NCBI GenBank assembly: GCA_016186325.1
Contig: JACPLW010000005.1
Coordinates: forward strand, 17,191-81,190
Source of the DNA: Parcubacteria group bacterium
Lineage (GTDB): Bacteria > Patescibacteriota > Minisyncoccia > UBA10092
Direction of reading: 5' to 3'
Length of the DNA stretch: 64,000 bases
Shown here: piece after piece, positions 1-9,726 of the stretch
Position numbering within the stretch: position 1 is the stretch's first letter
Layout of the letters: every line of letters begins with the position of its first letter
Notes under the pieces: generated by a model
The model's input: the letters and a program-made list of their open reading frames with translations, nothing else
Database searches by the model: none
What the model was told of the DNA's origin: nothing
Program-made: the position numbers and the translations under genes

Positions 1-1090
1 TCTGATCAATCAATGTGTTTTCCAAAGCTGAAAGGCGATCTTCAAAAACCAAAAATCCGGCGGTGGTAGTAGCATAAAATGGGAATGCTTCCGCCTTCGC
101 TAAAGCTTCGGCGGACAAGTCGGGGAGCACGTCAAGCGCTAGAGCATCTTCAAAAGTAGTAATTTTTGGAAATCCTTCTTTTGGCTGAATCAGTTTTGAC
201 TTACCGGATTCTAAAGTACCGACGGCCAGTTCTTGAATCGGTTTGGTTTTAAAAAGCGAAAGCATCCAATTGGAAAATTCCGGAATATCTTTAGGAAATC
301 CTTGCAGCATTTCGGTAACTAAAGCCGCTTGCCCTGAGTTTTGTCGAAGGGCCTGATACTTAGAAGTACTTAAACCGTTAAGTAAACTTAAACTCTTAAA
401 CGGCGAAATAATGCCGAAGACGGATGTGAGCGAGAAAATTAAAAAAACCGCAGTAAAAGCCGAAGCCAAAAATAGTTTAAGACTAGACCATGATTTTAAA
501 GATGCGAGAACGCCAAAATATCTGCTGGCTTTCTGAAATTCATAGACATCGTTAGATTTTATATTCTCTTTTACAGTTTCAAGAATTGCCAATTTTTCAT
601 CGGGTTTAAGTTCTCTTGAAGAAATTATGATTTCACGGCCTAGCGCAAAGTCTCTAAATTTCGAAATCTCTAAATCTCCAAATTTTGCTTGCCCTTCGTA
701 GCCCCGCAAAGCGGGACGAAGGAGGGAAATGTCTTCAACGCTCGCTTCAACTTTCTTTAATCTTTCAATGACTTCTTGCTTGTCCGCCGCAACTTTAGCA
801 AAAGTGGATTCAAGAACCAATCTGGTTTTAAGATTTTCAAACTCTGATTTTTCTTCTTCTTTAAGAGTTGCACTATCTGTTGCCTGCGTGAAACGCCCAA
901 CCGATCGTTGGTACTCTAGAAGCCACTCATTAGTTGTTACCCAATTCCGCCCAAGCTTAACTGCCCGAAGTTTCCCTCGGCGAATCAAAACGTTCACATA
1001 ATCCCGTGAAGTACTTAAAATCTTTCCGGCTTCGGAAAGCGGAATATAGTTTAAATTTTTATAATCTGAATTTTTTATTTCATTCTGCAT
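1..1090 (-). CDS. N-terminal HTH_17/excisionase-like domain membrane protein (runs off window start; absent from ORF track)
   Basis: Manual translation from ATG at 1090: MQNEIKNSDYKNLNYIPLSEAGKILSTSRDYVNVLIRRGKLRAVKLGRNWVTTNEWLLEY..., later a hydrophobic segment (LFLASAFTAVFLIFSLTSVFGII); paralogous N-terminus to 31167..31781. Confidence 0.75.
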   Translation of the reverse strand, partial: MQNEIKNSDYKNLNYIPLSEAGKILSTSRDYVNVLIRRGKLRAVKLGRNWVTTNEWLLEYQRSVGRFTQATDSATLKEEEKSEFENLKTRLVLESTFAKVAADKQEVIERLKKVEASVEDISLLRPALRGYEGQAKFGDLEISKFRDFALGREIIISSRELKPDEKLAILETVKENIKSNDVYEFQKASRYFGVLASLKSWSSLKLFLASAFTAVFLIFSLTSVFGIISPFKSLSLLNGLSTSKYQALRQNSGQAALVTEMLQGFPKDIPEFSNWMLSLFKTKPIQELAVGTLESGKSKLIQPKEGFPKITTFEDALALDVLPDLSAEALAKAEAFPFYATTTAGFLVFEDRLSALENTLIDQ

Positions 1091-1192
1091 TTTTCAAGTT
1101 TATATCGTATTTCAGATCATTTGATCTGATATCCTATCATGTTTAAATTATATCAAATTTACTTGCATATTTTGCTTATAAATAAACAAAAA

Positions 1193-1272
1193 TCCCGCTA
1201 TTCAGTGAATAGCGGACTATTCTCCAATTATTGATATCCGACATCAATAATTGGATTGCCCTTATTAAGGCA
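1193..1272. terminator. Cluster of three hairpins downstream of glmS
   Basis: ccgctattca-g-tgaatagcgg; tccaattattgat...atcaataattgga; tgcc-cttattaag-gca. Confidence 0.45.
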
Positions 1273-1286
1273 AAAAACTTGCGATA

Positions 1287-3305
1287 TTACTCAACTGTTA
1301 CACTTTTTGCCAAATTACGCGGCTTATCCACGTCTATTCTTCTTAAGGTCCCCATATAATACGCGAATAACTGCAATGGAATAACCGCCAGAATCGGCGT
1401 CAGCATTTCTAAAGTTTTTGGTATATAGAGCCAATCATCCGCGATATGTTTAATATTTTTATTTCCTTCGGTTGTAATGGCGATGATTTTCCCACGCCTT
1501 GCTTTTATTTCTTCCATGTTAGAAGCCATCTTATCATATACGCTATCAACCCCGCCCCGCAGCTGCGGGGCGGGGTCAACGGGCGCGATAGCCACAACCG
1601 GGAAGTTTTCATCAATCATGGCAATCGGCCCGTGTTTCATTTCGCCGGCTCCGCATCCTTCGGCGTGAATATATGAAATCTCTTTAAGCTTTAGCGCGCC
1701 TTCTAATGCCGTGGGAAAATTATACTTTCTTCCGATATATAAAAAGTTTTTTGCACTGGAGTATTTTTCAGCAATCAATTTTATCTTATTTTTTTGTTTG
1801 AATATTTCCTTAATCAGCATCGGAAGTTTTTCAATTTCCAGAGTGATCTTTTTACCATCTTCAATCGATAAATTATTCCTTTGTCGGCCTAAGAATACCG
1901 CCAAAAGCGCTAAAATAATTAATTGGGAAGTGAATGCTTTTGTCGAAGCCACTCCTATTTCCGGCCCGGCATGATTATATATGCCCGCATCAGTTTCCCG
2001 CGCTATCGTTGAGCCGATAACGTTGACGATTCCGAGAGCAATTTGGTTATTTTTTAATTTTTTATCATTGATTTTGTTTCGATTTAGATTTTTTGATTCC
2101 GGCGCGGTTTTATCTTGAAAATTTTTCAAAACCGACAAAGTATCGGCTGTTTCCCCCGACTGGGAGATGGCTACCATGGCTAAATTTTGTCCGTCGGCTG
2201 GAGGATTCCTATAACGCAATTCAGAAGCCAGTTCCACTTCGCAAGGAATGCCACTCGCCTCTTCAATCATCAATTTTCCGATAATTCCGGCTAAATAAGC
2301 GGTTCCGCATCCGGTGACTATAATCCTGTTGATTTCTTTTAATTTATTTTTCACGCTTTCTAAACCTCCGAGTTTAACATTCCCATCTTCTTTGACCAAT
2401 CGGCCTCGAAAACTGTTTGAAATTGATTCCGGCTGCTCAAAAATTTCCTTCAACATAAAATGTTCGTAACCGCCTTTTTGTGCATCACTTAATTTCCATT
2501 TAAGTTGCTCCTTTCTTTTTGAAATATCTAAATATTTAAATCTTGAAACTTTCACCTTAGCGTTTTTTTCATCTTGACGATATATCTTATTGTGAGAGGT
2601 AGATAAAAAAGATATCGGATTTACATATGCTGAAATATCTACGATTTTTACGTTATACTTTGTTAAAACCGCAATCTCGCCGTCGTTCATATAAATAACG
2701 TCCTTAGTTCGACCGATAATTGCCGAAGCATCCGATGCTATCAAGTTTTCATCACTCCCAATTCCTATTATAAGAGGACTGGAATTGCGCGCGGTGATTA
2801 TTCTATCGGGCCAATCAGCCGCCATAACCGCCAAGCCATAAGTTCCATGAACCTGTTTGAGCGCCATTGCCACGGCTTGTTTAAAATCAACATATCGTAG
2901 ATTTTCTTCTATAATATGGGCTAAAACTTCAGTGTCGGTTTCAGATTTAAATATATGACCATGCCTAATTAAAACTCCTTTCAGTGATTTATAATTCTCA
3001 ATTATTCCATTGTGACAGACAAATATACGATTGGCGCAATCGGTATGGGGGTGAGCATTTTTCTCACTCGGCTCGCCGTGAGTTGCCCAGCGCGTATGCC
3101 CAATGCCAATATTTCCATTCCAACCTGATGAAATCTTTCTTTCTAATTCTATAATTCTGCCTTTGGCTTTTGCCAAATGAATTTTATCATCGTTAAAAAC
3201 GACAATGCCGGCTGAATCATAACCGCGATATTCAAGACGCTTTAAACCATCAATTAAAATAGGGACGGCTTTTTTATTACCTACATAACCGATAATGCCG
3301 CACAT
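1287..3305 (-). CDS. glmS: Glutamine-fructose-6-phosphate aminotransferase
   Basis: MCGI N-terminus, GHTRWATHG, SQSGET, C-terminal PRNLAKSVTVE. Confidence 0.98.
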   Translation of the reverse strand: MCGIIGYVGNKKAVPILIDGLKRLEYRGYDSAGIVVFNDDKIHLAKAKGRIIELERKISSGWNGNIGIGHTRWATHGEPSEKNAHPHTDCANRIFVCHNGIIENYKSLKGVLIRHGHIFKSETDTEVLAHIIEENLRYVDFKQAVAMALKQVHGTYGLAVMAADWPDRIITARNSSPLIIGIGSDENLIASDASAIIGRTKDVIYMNDGEIAVLTKYNVKIVDISAYVNPISFLSTSHNKIYRQDEKNAKVKVSRFKYLDISKRKEQLKWKLSDAQKGGYEHFMLKEIFEQPESISNSFRGRLVKEDGNVKLGGLESVKNKLKEINRIIVTGCGTAYLAGIIGKLMIEEASGIPCEVELASELRYRNPPADGQNLAMVAISQSGETADTLSVLKNFQDKTAPESKNLNRNKINDKKLKNNQIALGIVNVIGSTIARETDAGIYNHAGPEIGVASTKAFTSQLIILALLAVFLGRQRNNLSIEDGKKITLEIEKLPMLIKEIFKQKNKIKLIAEKYSSAKNFLYIGRKYNFPTALEGALKLKEISYIHAEGCGAGEMKHGPIAMIDENFPVVAIAPVDPAPQLRGGVDSVYDKMASNMEEIKARRGKIIAITTEGNKNIKHIADDWLYIPKTLEMLTPILAVIPLQLFAYYMGTLRRIDVDKPRNLAKSVTVE

Positions 3306-3322
3306 GTTATTACATACAACAC

Positions 3323-3356
3323 AAAATTCAGCTCCGCGGTTGCGGAGCTGAATTTT
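3323..3356 (-). terminator. Hairpin between leuS and glmS (possible terminator)
   Basis: aaaattcagctccgc-ggtt-gcggagctgaatttt, perfect 15-bp stem. Confidence 0.55.
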
Positions 3357-3374
3357 AAATAAAAGTTTATTCCC

Positions 3375-5819
3375 CTATATTACAACATTTATCAATCGTC
3401 CCGGCACAAATATGGTTTTTTTAATTTTAGCGCCACTAATGTATTTTTTAATAATTTCTCGCGATAAAACTATTTCTTCAACTTCAGGGCGTTTCAATTT
3501 TTTTGAAACGCGAACTTTATCGCGCATTTTGCCATTTACTTGAATTACTAGATCGTATTCCTCTACTTCAATAAATTTCGGGTCATATTTTGGCCATACT
3601 TCAAGATGAATCGATTTTCCCCGACGCTTTCGGTCGGAGCTCCGATCCCGAAGGGCGTCGGAGTTATTTCCTATTTTTTGCCAGAGTTCTTCCGTAAAGT
3701 GCGGCGCAAAAGGAGATAGAAGTTTCAAAAAAATTTCGGCCGTATTTTTTGTTATATCGGTTTTTTCAATCTCATTAAAAAGAATCATTAAAGCGCTGAT
3801 TGCCGTATTGAATCTGAAATGCTCTATATCATCCCCTACTTTCTTAATCGTCTGATGTAATAATTGCTGGTATTTGGTATTTGGTATTTGGTATTTGGTA
3901 TTTTGAGATTTAAAATTTAAAAATTTATTCCACACTCGATCTAAAAATCTCTTTATTCCTAAAATCCCGTTAGGATTCCACGGTCCGCCGTTGCTGTACT
4001 CGCCCATAAAACACAAATACATTCTAACCGTATCGGCGCCGTATTTTTTAACCAATTCGTCCGGGTCAACAACATTGCCGCGAGATTTAGACATCCTCTG
4101 TCCATCGCTCCCCAAAATATCGCCCTGATGACGCAAAGATACAAAGGGTTCGTCAAATTCAAGATAACCGGAATCCCGAAGAGCTTTAACAAAAAATCTT
4201 GAATAAAGGAGATGTAAAACCGCATGCTCAGCGCCTCCGACGTACATATCAACCGGCAGCCAGGCTTTTAATTTGTCTTTTGAAGCAAATTGTTTTTTGT
4301 TTTTCGGATCGGTGTAGCGCAGAAAGTACCACGAAGAATCCACAAACGTGTCCATTGTATCCGTCTCTCTGGTTGCCTTGCCCTTGCAATTCGGACACTT
4401 TACATTAACAAAACTTTTTACGCGCGCTAATGGCGACTTGCCTCCGGCGACCGGTTTAAAGTTTTTAAGCGGCGGTAGTTTTACCGGTAATTTATTTTCC
4501 TGAACCGGTACTATCCCGCATTTCTCGCAATAGATAATTGGAATAGGGGCGCCCCAATACCGCTGGCGGGAAATGACCCAGTCGCGCATTTTATATTGAA
4601 TTGAAAAACTACCAAGCCCCTTTTCCTTAAGTTCTTCGGTGATTTTTTTCCCTCCTTCGACAGACTCTAAACCTGTAAACTCGCCGGAATTTACCAATAA
4701 CCCGTCTTCTATTACATTTATAGTTGGCAAATTAAATTTTTTGGCAAATTCAAAGTCCCGCTCATCATGGGCAGGCACCGCCATAATGGCGCCCGTGCCA
4801 TAGTTCATTAAAACATAGTCCGATACCCAAATTGGAATTTCCTCCTGATTTGCCGGGTTAAAAGCAAAAGAGCCGGTAAAAACGCCTGTTTTTTCTTTCT
4901 CTAAGCTCGTTCTTTCGAGCTCTGTTTTAAGATGAGCATTCGCAATATAATGGCGGACATCTTCTTTTTGTTCCTTGGTTGTAACTTTTTCCACCAATGG
5001 ATGTTCCGGCGAAAGTACCATATAAGTAGCGCCAAAAAGCGTATCAGCCCGTGTTGTAAACACTGGAATTTCTAATTTCAAATTTCTAATTTCGAATTTA
5101 ATCAAAGTTCCTTCCGATTTCCCTATCCAGTTTTTCTGCATCAGTTTGGTGCGCTCCGGCCAATCCAACTTATCCAAATCTTTCAGTAATTCTTCCGCGT
5201 AATCCGTAATCTTTAACATCCATTGGTTAACTTCTTTTTGGATAACCAAAGTATCGGGGTGGCGCCAGCATCGGCCGTCAATAACCTGCTCGTTTGCTAA
5301 AATTACCTGATCTTTAGGACACCAGTTAGCTAATGCCTTTTTCTTGTAAGCAAGCCCCGCTTTATGCATTTGAAGAAACATCCACTGGGTCCATTTGTAG
5401 TATTTGGAATCAGCTGTAATCACCTCGCGCGAAAAGTCATAGATATTGCCCATTGACTTAAGCTGTTCTCTCATTGTTTTGATATTTTTATAAGTCCAAG
5501 TTTTTGGGTGAATTTTGCGCGCAATCGCCGCATTTTCGGCCGGAAGACCGAAAGCGTCAAAACCGATGGGGCTCAAAACATTGTAACCCTGCATTCTTTT
5601 AAGACGCGCGAAAACATTGGCCGGCGCATAATTATACCAATGCCCCATATGAAGATTGCCCGACGGATACGGAAACATCGTAAGATGGTAAAAATTTCTT
5701 CGCCCTCCGAAGCCTTTGGCGAAGGATGGGTTTTTGTCCTTAACTTTATAAATACCGGATTTTACCCAGTATTCTCTCCACTTTTTTTCTACTTTTATAG
5801 CGTTATACTTTTCAATCAT
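3375..5819 (-). CDS. leuS: Leucine-tRNA ligase
   Basis: FPYPSG-LHMGH, DW-ISRQRYWG, RMSKS motifs. Confidence 0.97.
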   Translation of the reverse strand: MIEKYNAIKVEKKWREYWVKSGIYKVKDKNPSFAKGFGGRRNFYHLTMFPYPSGNLHMGHWYNYAPANVFARLKRMQGYNVLSPIGFDAFGLPAENAAIARKIHPKTWTYKNIKTMREQLKSMGNIYDFSREVITADSKYYKWTQWMFLQMHKAGLAYKKKALANWCPKDQVILANEQVIDGRCWRHPDTLVIQKEVNQWMLKITDYAEELLKDLDKLDWPERTKLMQKNWIGKSEGTLIKFEIRNLKLEIPVFTTRADTLFGATYMVLSPEHPLVEKVTTKEQKEDVRHYIANAHLKTELERTSLEKEKTGVFTGSFAFNPANQEEIPIWVSDYVLMNYGTGAIMAVPAHDERDFEFAKKFNLPTINVIEDGLLVNSGEFTGLESVEGGKKITEELKEKGLGSFSIQYKMRDWVISRQRYWGAPIPIIYCEKCGIVPVQENKLPVKLPPLKNFKPVAGGKSPLARVKSFVNVKCPNCKGKATRETDTMDTFVDSSWYFLRYTDPKNKKQFASKDKLKAWLPVDMYVGGAEHAVLHLLYSRFFVKALRDSGYLEFDEPFVSLRHQGDILGSDGQRMSKSRGNVVDPDELVKKYGADTVRMYLCFMGEYSNGGPWNPNGILGIKRFLDRVWNKFLNFKSQNTKYQIPNTKYQQLLHQTIKKVGDDIEHFRFNTAISALMILFNEIEKTDITKNTAEIFLKLLSPFAPHFTEELWQKIGNNSDALRDRSSDRKRRGKSIHLEVWPKYDPKFIEVEEYDLVIQVNGKMRDKVRVSKKLKRPEVEEIVLSREIIKKYISGAKIKKTIFVPGRLINVVI

Positions 5820-6673
5820 ATTTTAAATAAAGCTTTAGCATTATTATGAGTTTGGGTCGCGACTTTGTCAAAACTTAAGCCCTTCCATTCGGCAATTTTT
5901 CGCGCCACAAATTCAACGTAAGCCGGTTCGTTGCGTTTTCCTCGATGCGGCGCCGGCGCCGCAAATGGCGAATCGGTTTCAATAAGAATTTTATCAAGTG
6001 GGACATACTCCACCGCCTCTTTATATTCGTCGGCAAACGTTATTGGTCCGGCAAAAGAAATATAAAATCCTAAATCTATAAATTTTTCAGCGGTTTCTTT
6101 GGAACCGACAAAAAAATGGGCAACGCCGTTACCGCTTGAATCAGGAATTGTGAAGTATGAATTAAGAATATCAATCGCGTCTTCGTAAGCATCTTGACTT
6201 CCAGCCGATGGACGGCAATGTAAAATAATCGGCTTGTTTAATTCTTTCGCCAGTTCAATTTGTTTAATAAAAATATCTTTCTGTTGACTTTTAGTTCTTG
6301 TTTGCGACAATCCGCCTTTGCCAAAGGCTTCGGCGGATGCTCTTTTTTGAAACCGCTCGTTTCGCTCGCGGGCAAAAAAGGCATAATCCAGTCCGCACTC
6401 GCCTATAGCGACGACACTTTGATCTTTTGCCAATTCTCTATATTTACCAATATCAAAATTTTCTTCTAAATTATCATTCGGGTGTAAACCAATAGAAGCC
6501 CATAACAAATCCGGGTATTTTTTAGTTAGTTCAATGGCTTTCTTAGATTCCTCTAAATCAGTTCCAACGCTTATAGCTTTAATACCCGCTTCTTTTAGCC
6601 GGCCAATCATTTCCTCACGATCATCATCGTATTGAGGAAGATGAAGGTGACAATGAGAGTCAAATAATGTCAT
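5816..6673 (-). CDS. tatD: TatD family DNase
   Basis: DSHCH, GLHP, GECGLD, ETDSP, RNEP motifs. Confidence 0.93.
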   Translation of the reverse strand: MTLFDSHCHLHLPQYDDDREEMIGRLKEAGIKAISVGTDLEESKKAIELTKKYPDLLWASIGLHPNDNLEENFDIGKYRELAKDQSVVAIGECGLDYAFFARERNERFQKRASAEAFGKGGLSQTRTKSQQKDIFIKQIELAKELNKPIILHCRPSAGSQDAYEDAIDILNSYFTIPDSSGNGVAHFFVGSKETAEKFIDLGFYISFAGPITFADEYKEAVEYVPLDKILIETDSPFAAPAPHRGKRNEPAYVEFVARKIAEWKGLSFDKVATQTHNNAKALFKI

Positions 6674-8139
6674 TTTAATCTCGGAAAAATGTTGTTTCCT
6701 TTTTTGACTTCTATTTTGTTTCCGACAAACTTTATCTGTGCCTTAATTTTTTCTGCTGTCTCTGGCAAAAACGGCTCAATTAAATCGGAAAACGCTCGGA
6801 TTAAGAAAGAGGCATTGATAACAACTTTTTTCAAATCGTCGCCTTTTAGATTCCAAGGTTTGGTTTCATTAATATAGTTGTCTACGGAATAAACAAGAGC
6901 GAAAGCTGCGCCCAGTGCTTCGTTAAGTTTGATATCACCAATTAATTCACCATACCGCTCACAAATATCATTTTTAGTATTCTTATTCCGTTCTATTACT
7001 TCATCTTCCGAATAGATAATAGGAGAAATCGTTTCACCCAATTTCGCAACACGCGCCACCATATTGCCAATGCCGTTAGCAAGGCCGCTATTATACCTTT
7101 CTTTAAGTTTTTCGTAAGTAAAATCGCCATCGCCGGTTGGCTGAATATCCCACAAAAGATAATAACGCAAAGCATCGGTGCCGTATTTTTTAACTACCTC
7201 GACTGGGTCAACTATATTTCCGACTGTTTTTGACATTTTTTCTCCGTCTACGGTTATGAACCCGTGAACAAAAATTGTTTTAGGAAGCGGCAAACCAGCT
7301 GAAAGAAGCATCCCAGGCCAAATAGCCGCATGGAATCTTAAAATATCTTTGCCGATAACATGCAAATCGGCTGGCCACATTTTTTTAAACTCCGAATTTT
7401 CTTCATTATATCCAATTGCGGTAATATAATTTGAGAGCGCATCACACCAAACGTACATTGTATGTTCCGGGTCGTCCGGTACTGGGATACCCCACTCCAA
7501 GTCTTTACGAAGACGGGAAAAACTTACATCTTCCAACCCCTGATCAATTAAAGACAAAATTTCGTTTTTGCGGGTCTCGGGAATTATTTTTAATTCATCA
7601 TTCTTAATCAATGACTCTATATCCTTTGAATATTTTGAAAGACGAAAAAAATAATTTTCTTCCTCTATTACTTCCGGTTCTTTTTTATGATCGCTGCATT
7701 TGCCGTCAACCAAATCTTTTTCGGTGACAAAAGCTTCGTGTCCCACGCAGTAAAGCCCGCGATATTTCTTTTTATATAAATCGCCGGATTCCGCCAGCTT
7801 AAGCCATAACTTTTGCGCGCCTGGCCAATGACGTTTCTGGTCGCTTGTTCTGATAAAATCATCAAACGATAAATTAAGAACTTTTTTAAGTTCCTTAAAT
7901 TTCTCCGCGTTTTCATCCACAAAATCTTTTGGATTTTTCCCGGCCGCTTCCGCTGCCCGCACGATTTTTGCGCCATGCTCATCAGTACCGGTCAGAAACA
8001 AAACTTCATCGCCTTTTATCCGGCGGTACCTTGCCAGAACATCTGCCTGAATTTTTTCCAAAGCATGGCCAATATGCGGCTTCGCATTCACATAATCGAT
8101 TGCAGTCGTAATATAGAATTTTATTTTGATTTTATTCAT
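6670..8139 (-). CDS. metG: Methionine-tRNA ligase
   Basis: YVNAKPHIGH, GTDEHG, KMSKT. Confidence 0.96.
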   Translation of the reverse strand: MNKIKIKFYITTAIDYVNAKPHIGHALEKIQADVLARYRRIKGDEVLFLTGTDEHGAKIVRAAEAAGKNPKDFVDENAEKFKELKKVLNLSFDDFIRTSDQKRHWPGAQKLWLKLAESGDLYKKKYRGLYCVGHEAFVTEKDLVDGKCSDHKKEPEVIEEENYFFRLSKYSKDIESLIKNDELKIIPETRKNEILSLIDQGLEDVSFSRLRKDLEWGIPVPDDPEHTMYVWCDALSNYITAIGYNEENSEFKKMWPADLHVIGKDILRFHAAIWPGMLLSAGLPLPKTIFVHGFITVDGEKMSKTVGNIVDPVEVVKKYGTDALRYYLLWDIQPTGDGDFTYEKLKERYNSGLANGIGNMVARVAKLGETISPIIYSEDEVIERNKNTKNDICERYGELIGDIKLNEALGAAFALVYSVDNYINETKPWNLKGDDLKKVVINASFLIRAFSDLIEPFLPETAEKIKAQIKFVGNKIEVKKGNNIFPRLK

Positions 8140-8191
8140 ATAACAATGGTAATATATTAGTTAAAATATAGGAAACGTAAGAATTTTACAA

Positions 8192-8686
8192 ATGACCCTA
8201 GCTTCACATATAATAATCTCCGGCCTTTTAGGGGCAACCACTAATAATTACTTCTTAGCAGCTACTCTTGGCTTTCTCAGCCATTTTATCGTTGACGCCA
8301 TACCGCATTGGGACAATTACCTTTCGCCCGATTTCGAGTCAAGAGCCAAATCAAAAAAGATTCTATTTTTAAAAGATAGATTTTTATACAAAGAACTGGG
8401 CAAGATAGCGATTGACATTTTGATTGGCCTAAGCGTTTTGTCCTTGATGTTTTTCAAAAATTATGAGATTGGCGATCTTTCCTACGCGGCTATTGCGGTT
8501 TTTTTCGGAGTTCTCCCCGATCCCTTGCAACTTTTATACCTTATGACAAATTGGCGCCCCCTGAAACCAAACCACAAGATACAACTTTATCTACATACTT
8601 TAATATATAAAGAAAAACCGAGTTTTTGGCTCGGTATTACAACTCAAGTAACAACAATAATATTAGTCTTTATATTCACAATATAA
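8192..8686 (+). CDS. Membrane protein, possibly metal-dependent hydrolase (YdjM-like)
   Basis: Several TM segments; H near N-terminus, SHFIVDAIPH, LPD. Confidence 0.55.
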   Translation: MTLASHIIISGLLGATTNNYFLAATLGFLSHFIVDAIPHWDNYLSPDFESRAKSKKILFLKDRFLYKELGKIAIDILIGLSVLSLMFFKNYEIGDLSYAAIAVFFGVLPDPLQLLYLMTNWRPLKPNHKIQLYLHTLIYKEKPSFWLGITTQVTTIILVFIFTI

Positions 8687-8687
8687 A

Positions 8688-9725
8688 CTAAGATAATTCC
8701 GGATGGGAAATGTTTTTTCTTTTTGCCAGACCCTCAAAAAACTCATCAACCACCGCCGCGAGCGGCACGGCCAGAATAATTCCTAAAATTCCGCCGAGTT
8801 TGGCGCCGATTAAAATCGCTAAAATAACGGTGACCGGATTTAATCCGACCAGTTTTTTTATTAAAAGCGGAACAAGCACGTGATTTTCCAATTGCTGAGC
8901 GGCAATAAAAAATACGAGCGTCCAAATCCCTAAAATCGGCGATTGTGACAAAGCCAAGAGTGTCGCAACCGCGCCGCCAACAATCGGACCGACAAACGGC
9001 ACTATTTCAAAAATACCAACAATTACAGCCGCCAGAAACGCGTACTTTACTCCGAGAATCCAAAGGCCGATACCCACCACAAGAGCCATAATAAAACTCA
9101 AAAGTATCTGTGCCTGCAACCAGCGCCCCATTTTCTTCTGGGCGCGAATCCAAAGGCCATGTATAGAGGCCTCAAACTGCGGCGGCATCATTGACCGCAA
9201 AAAGTCATCAAGAGCGCCTTTTGAAAGCGCAAGATAAAAAGAGATAACAAGAATCACGACAAAGGAAACAATGCCGCCGAAAATCTCCGAAACATAAGAA
9301 AGCAGAGAAGTAAAACTGGGAATTTGTTCCGTTAACTGATCGAGCAGGTCGTGAATGTTAGCCGAAAGACCGGGTAAAAATGTAATGGTCCCGGCCGCTT
9401 CTTCAAGCTTTCCAAAATAAGTCGGGTAATTCTCTGTGAAATCTTGAAACTGATCAAGTAAAAGCGGGAAAATAATGTAAATAACTGCCGCAAAAAATAC
9501 AAAAAACAAGATGTAAAGAAAAATCAAAGATAAAAGCCGGGGCACCTTTTTGCTTTCGCCGTAAACAAGAAGCGGCTCCAGAGCCGAGGCGATTATAATT
9601 GCAAAAATCAAAATACCAATGATGTCGCGAACCATATAAACCAAAACCGCCAAAACGCCTATGCCGAGAACTAAGAATATAGTTTTGGGTGAAATTTCTA
9701 TAATTGTTTTTGATTCGCTTGCCAT
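8688..9725 (-). CDS. AI-2E family transporter (PerM-like)
   Basis: Multi-TM; VPFVGP, QQLEN-L-P, GIILAVPLAA. Confidence 0.9.
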   Translation of the reverse strand: MASESKTIIEISPKTIFLVLGIGVLAVLVYMVRDIIGILIFAIIIASALEPLLVYGESKKVPRLLSLIFLYILFFVFFAAVIYIIFPLLLDQFQDFTENYPTYFGKLEEAAGTITFLPGLSANIHDLLDQLTEQIPSFTSLLSYVSEIFGGIVSFVVILVISFYLALSKGALDDFLRSMMPPQFEASIHGLWIRAQKKMGRWLQAQILLSFIMALVVGIGLWILGVKYAFLAAVIVGIFEIVPFVGPIVGGAVATLLALSQSPILGIWTLVFFIAAQQLENHVLVPLLIKKLVGLNPVTVILAILIGAKLGGILGIILAVPLAAVVDEFFEGLAKRKNISHPELS

Positions 9726-9726
9726 T

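Noticed and set aside
729-1001. + strand 90-aa ORF and the many similar short ORFs overlapping long genes
   Set aside because: Antisense or out-of-frame shadows of well-supported genes
3306-3374. glmS ribozyme upstream of glmS
   Set aside because: Spacer is only 69 nt and holds a single simple hairpin
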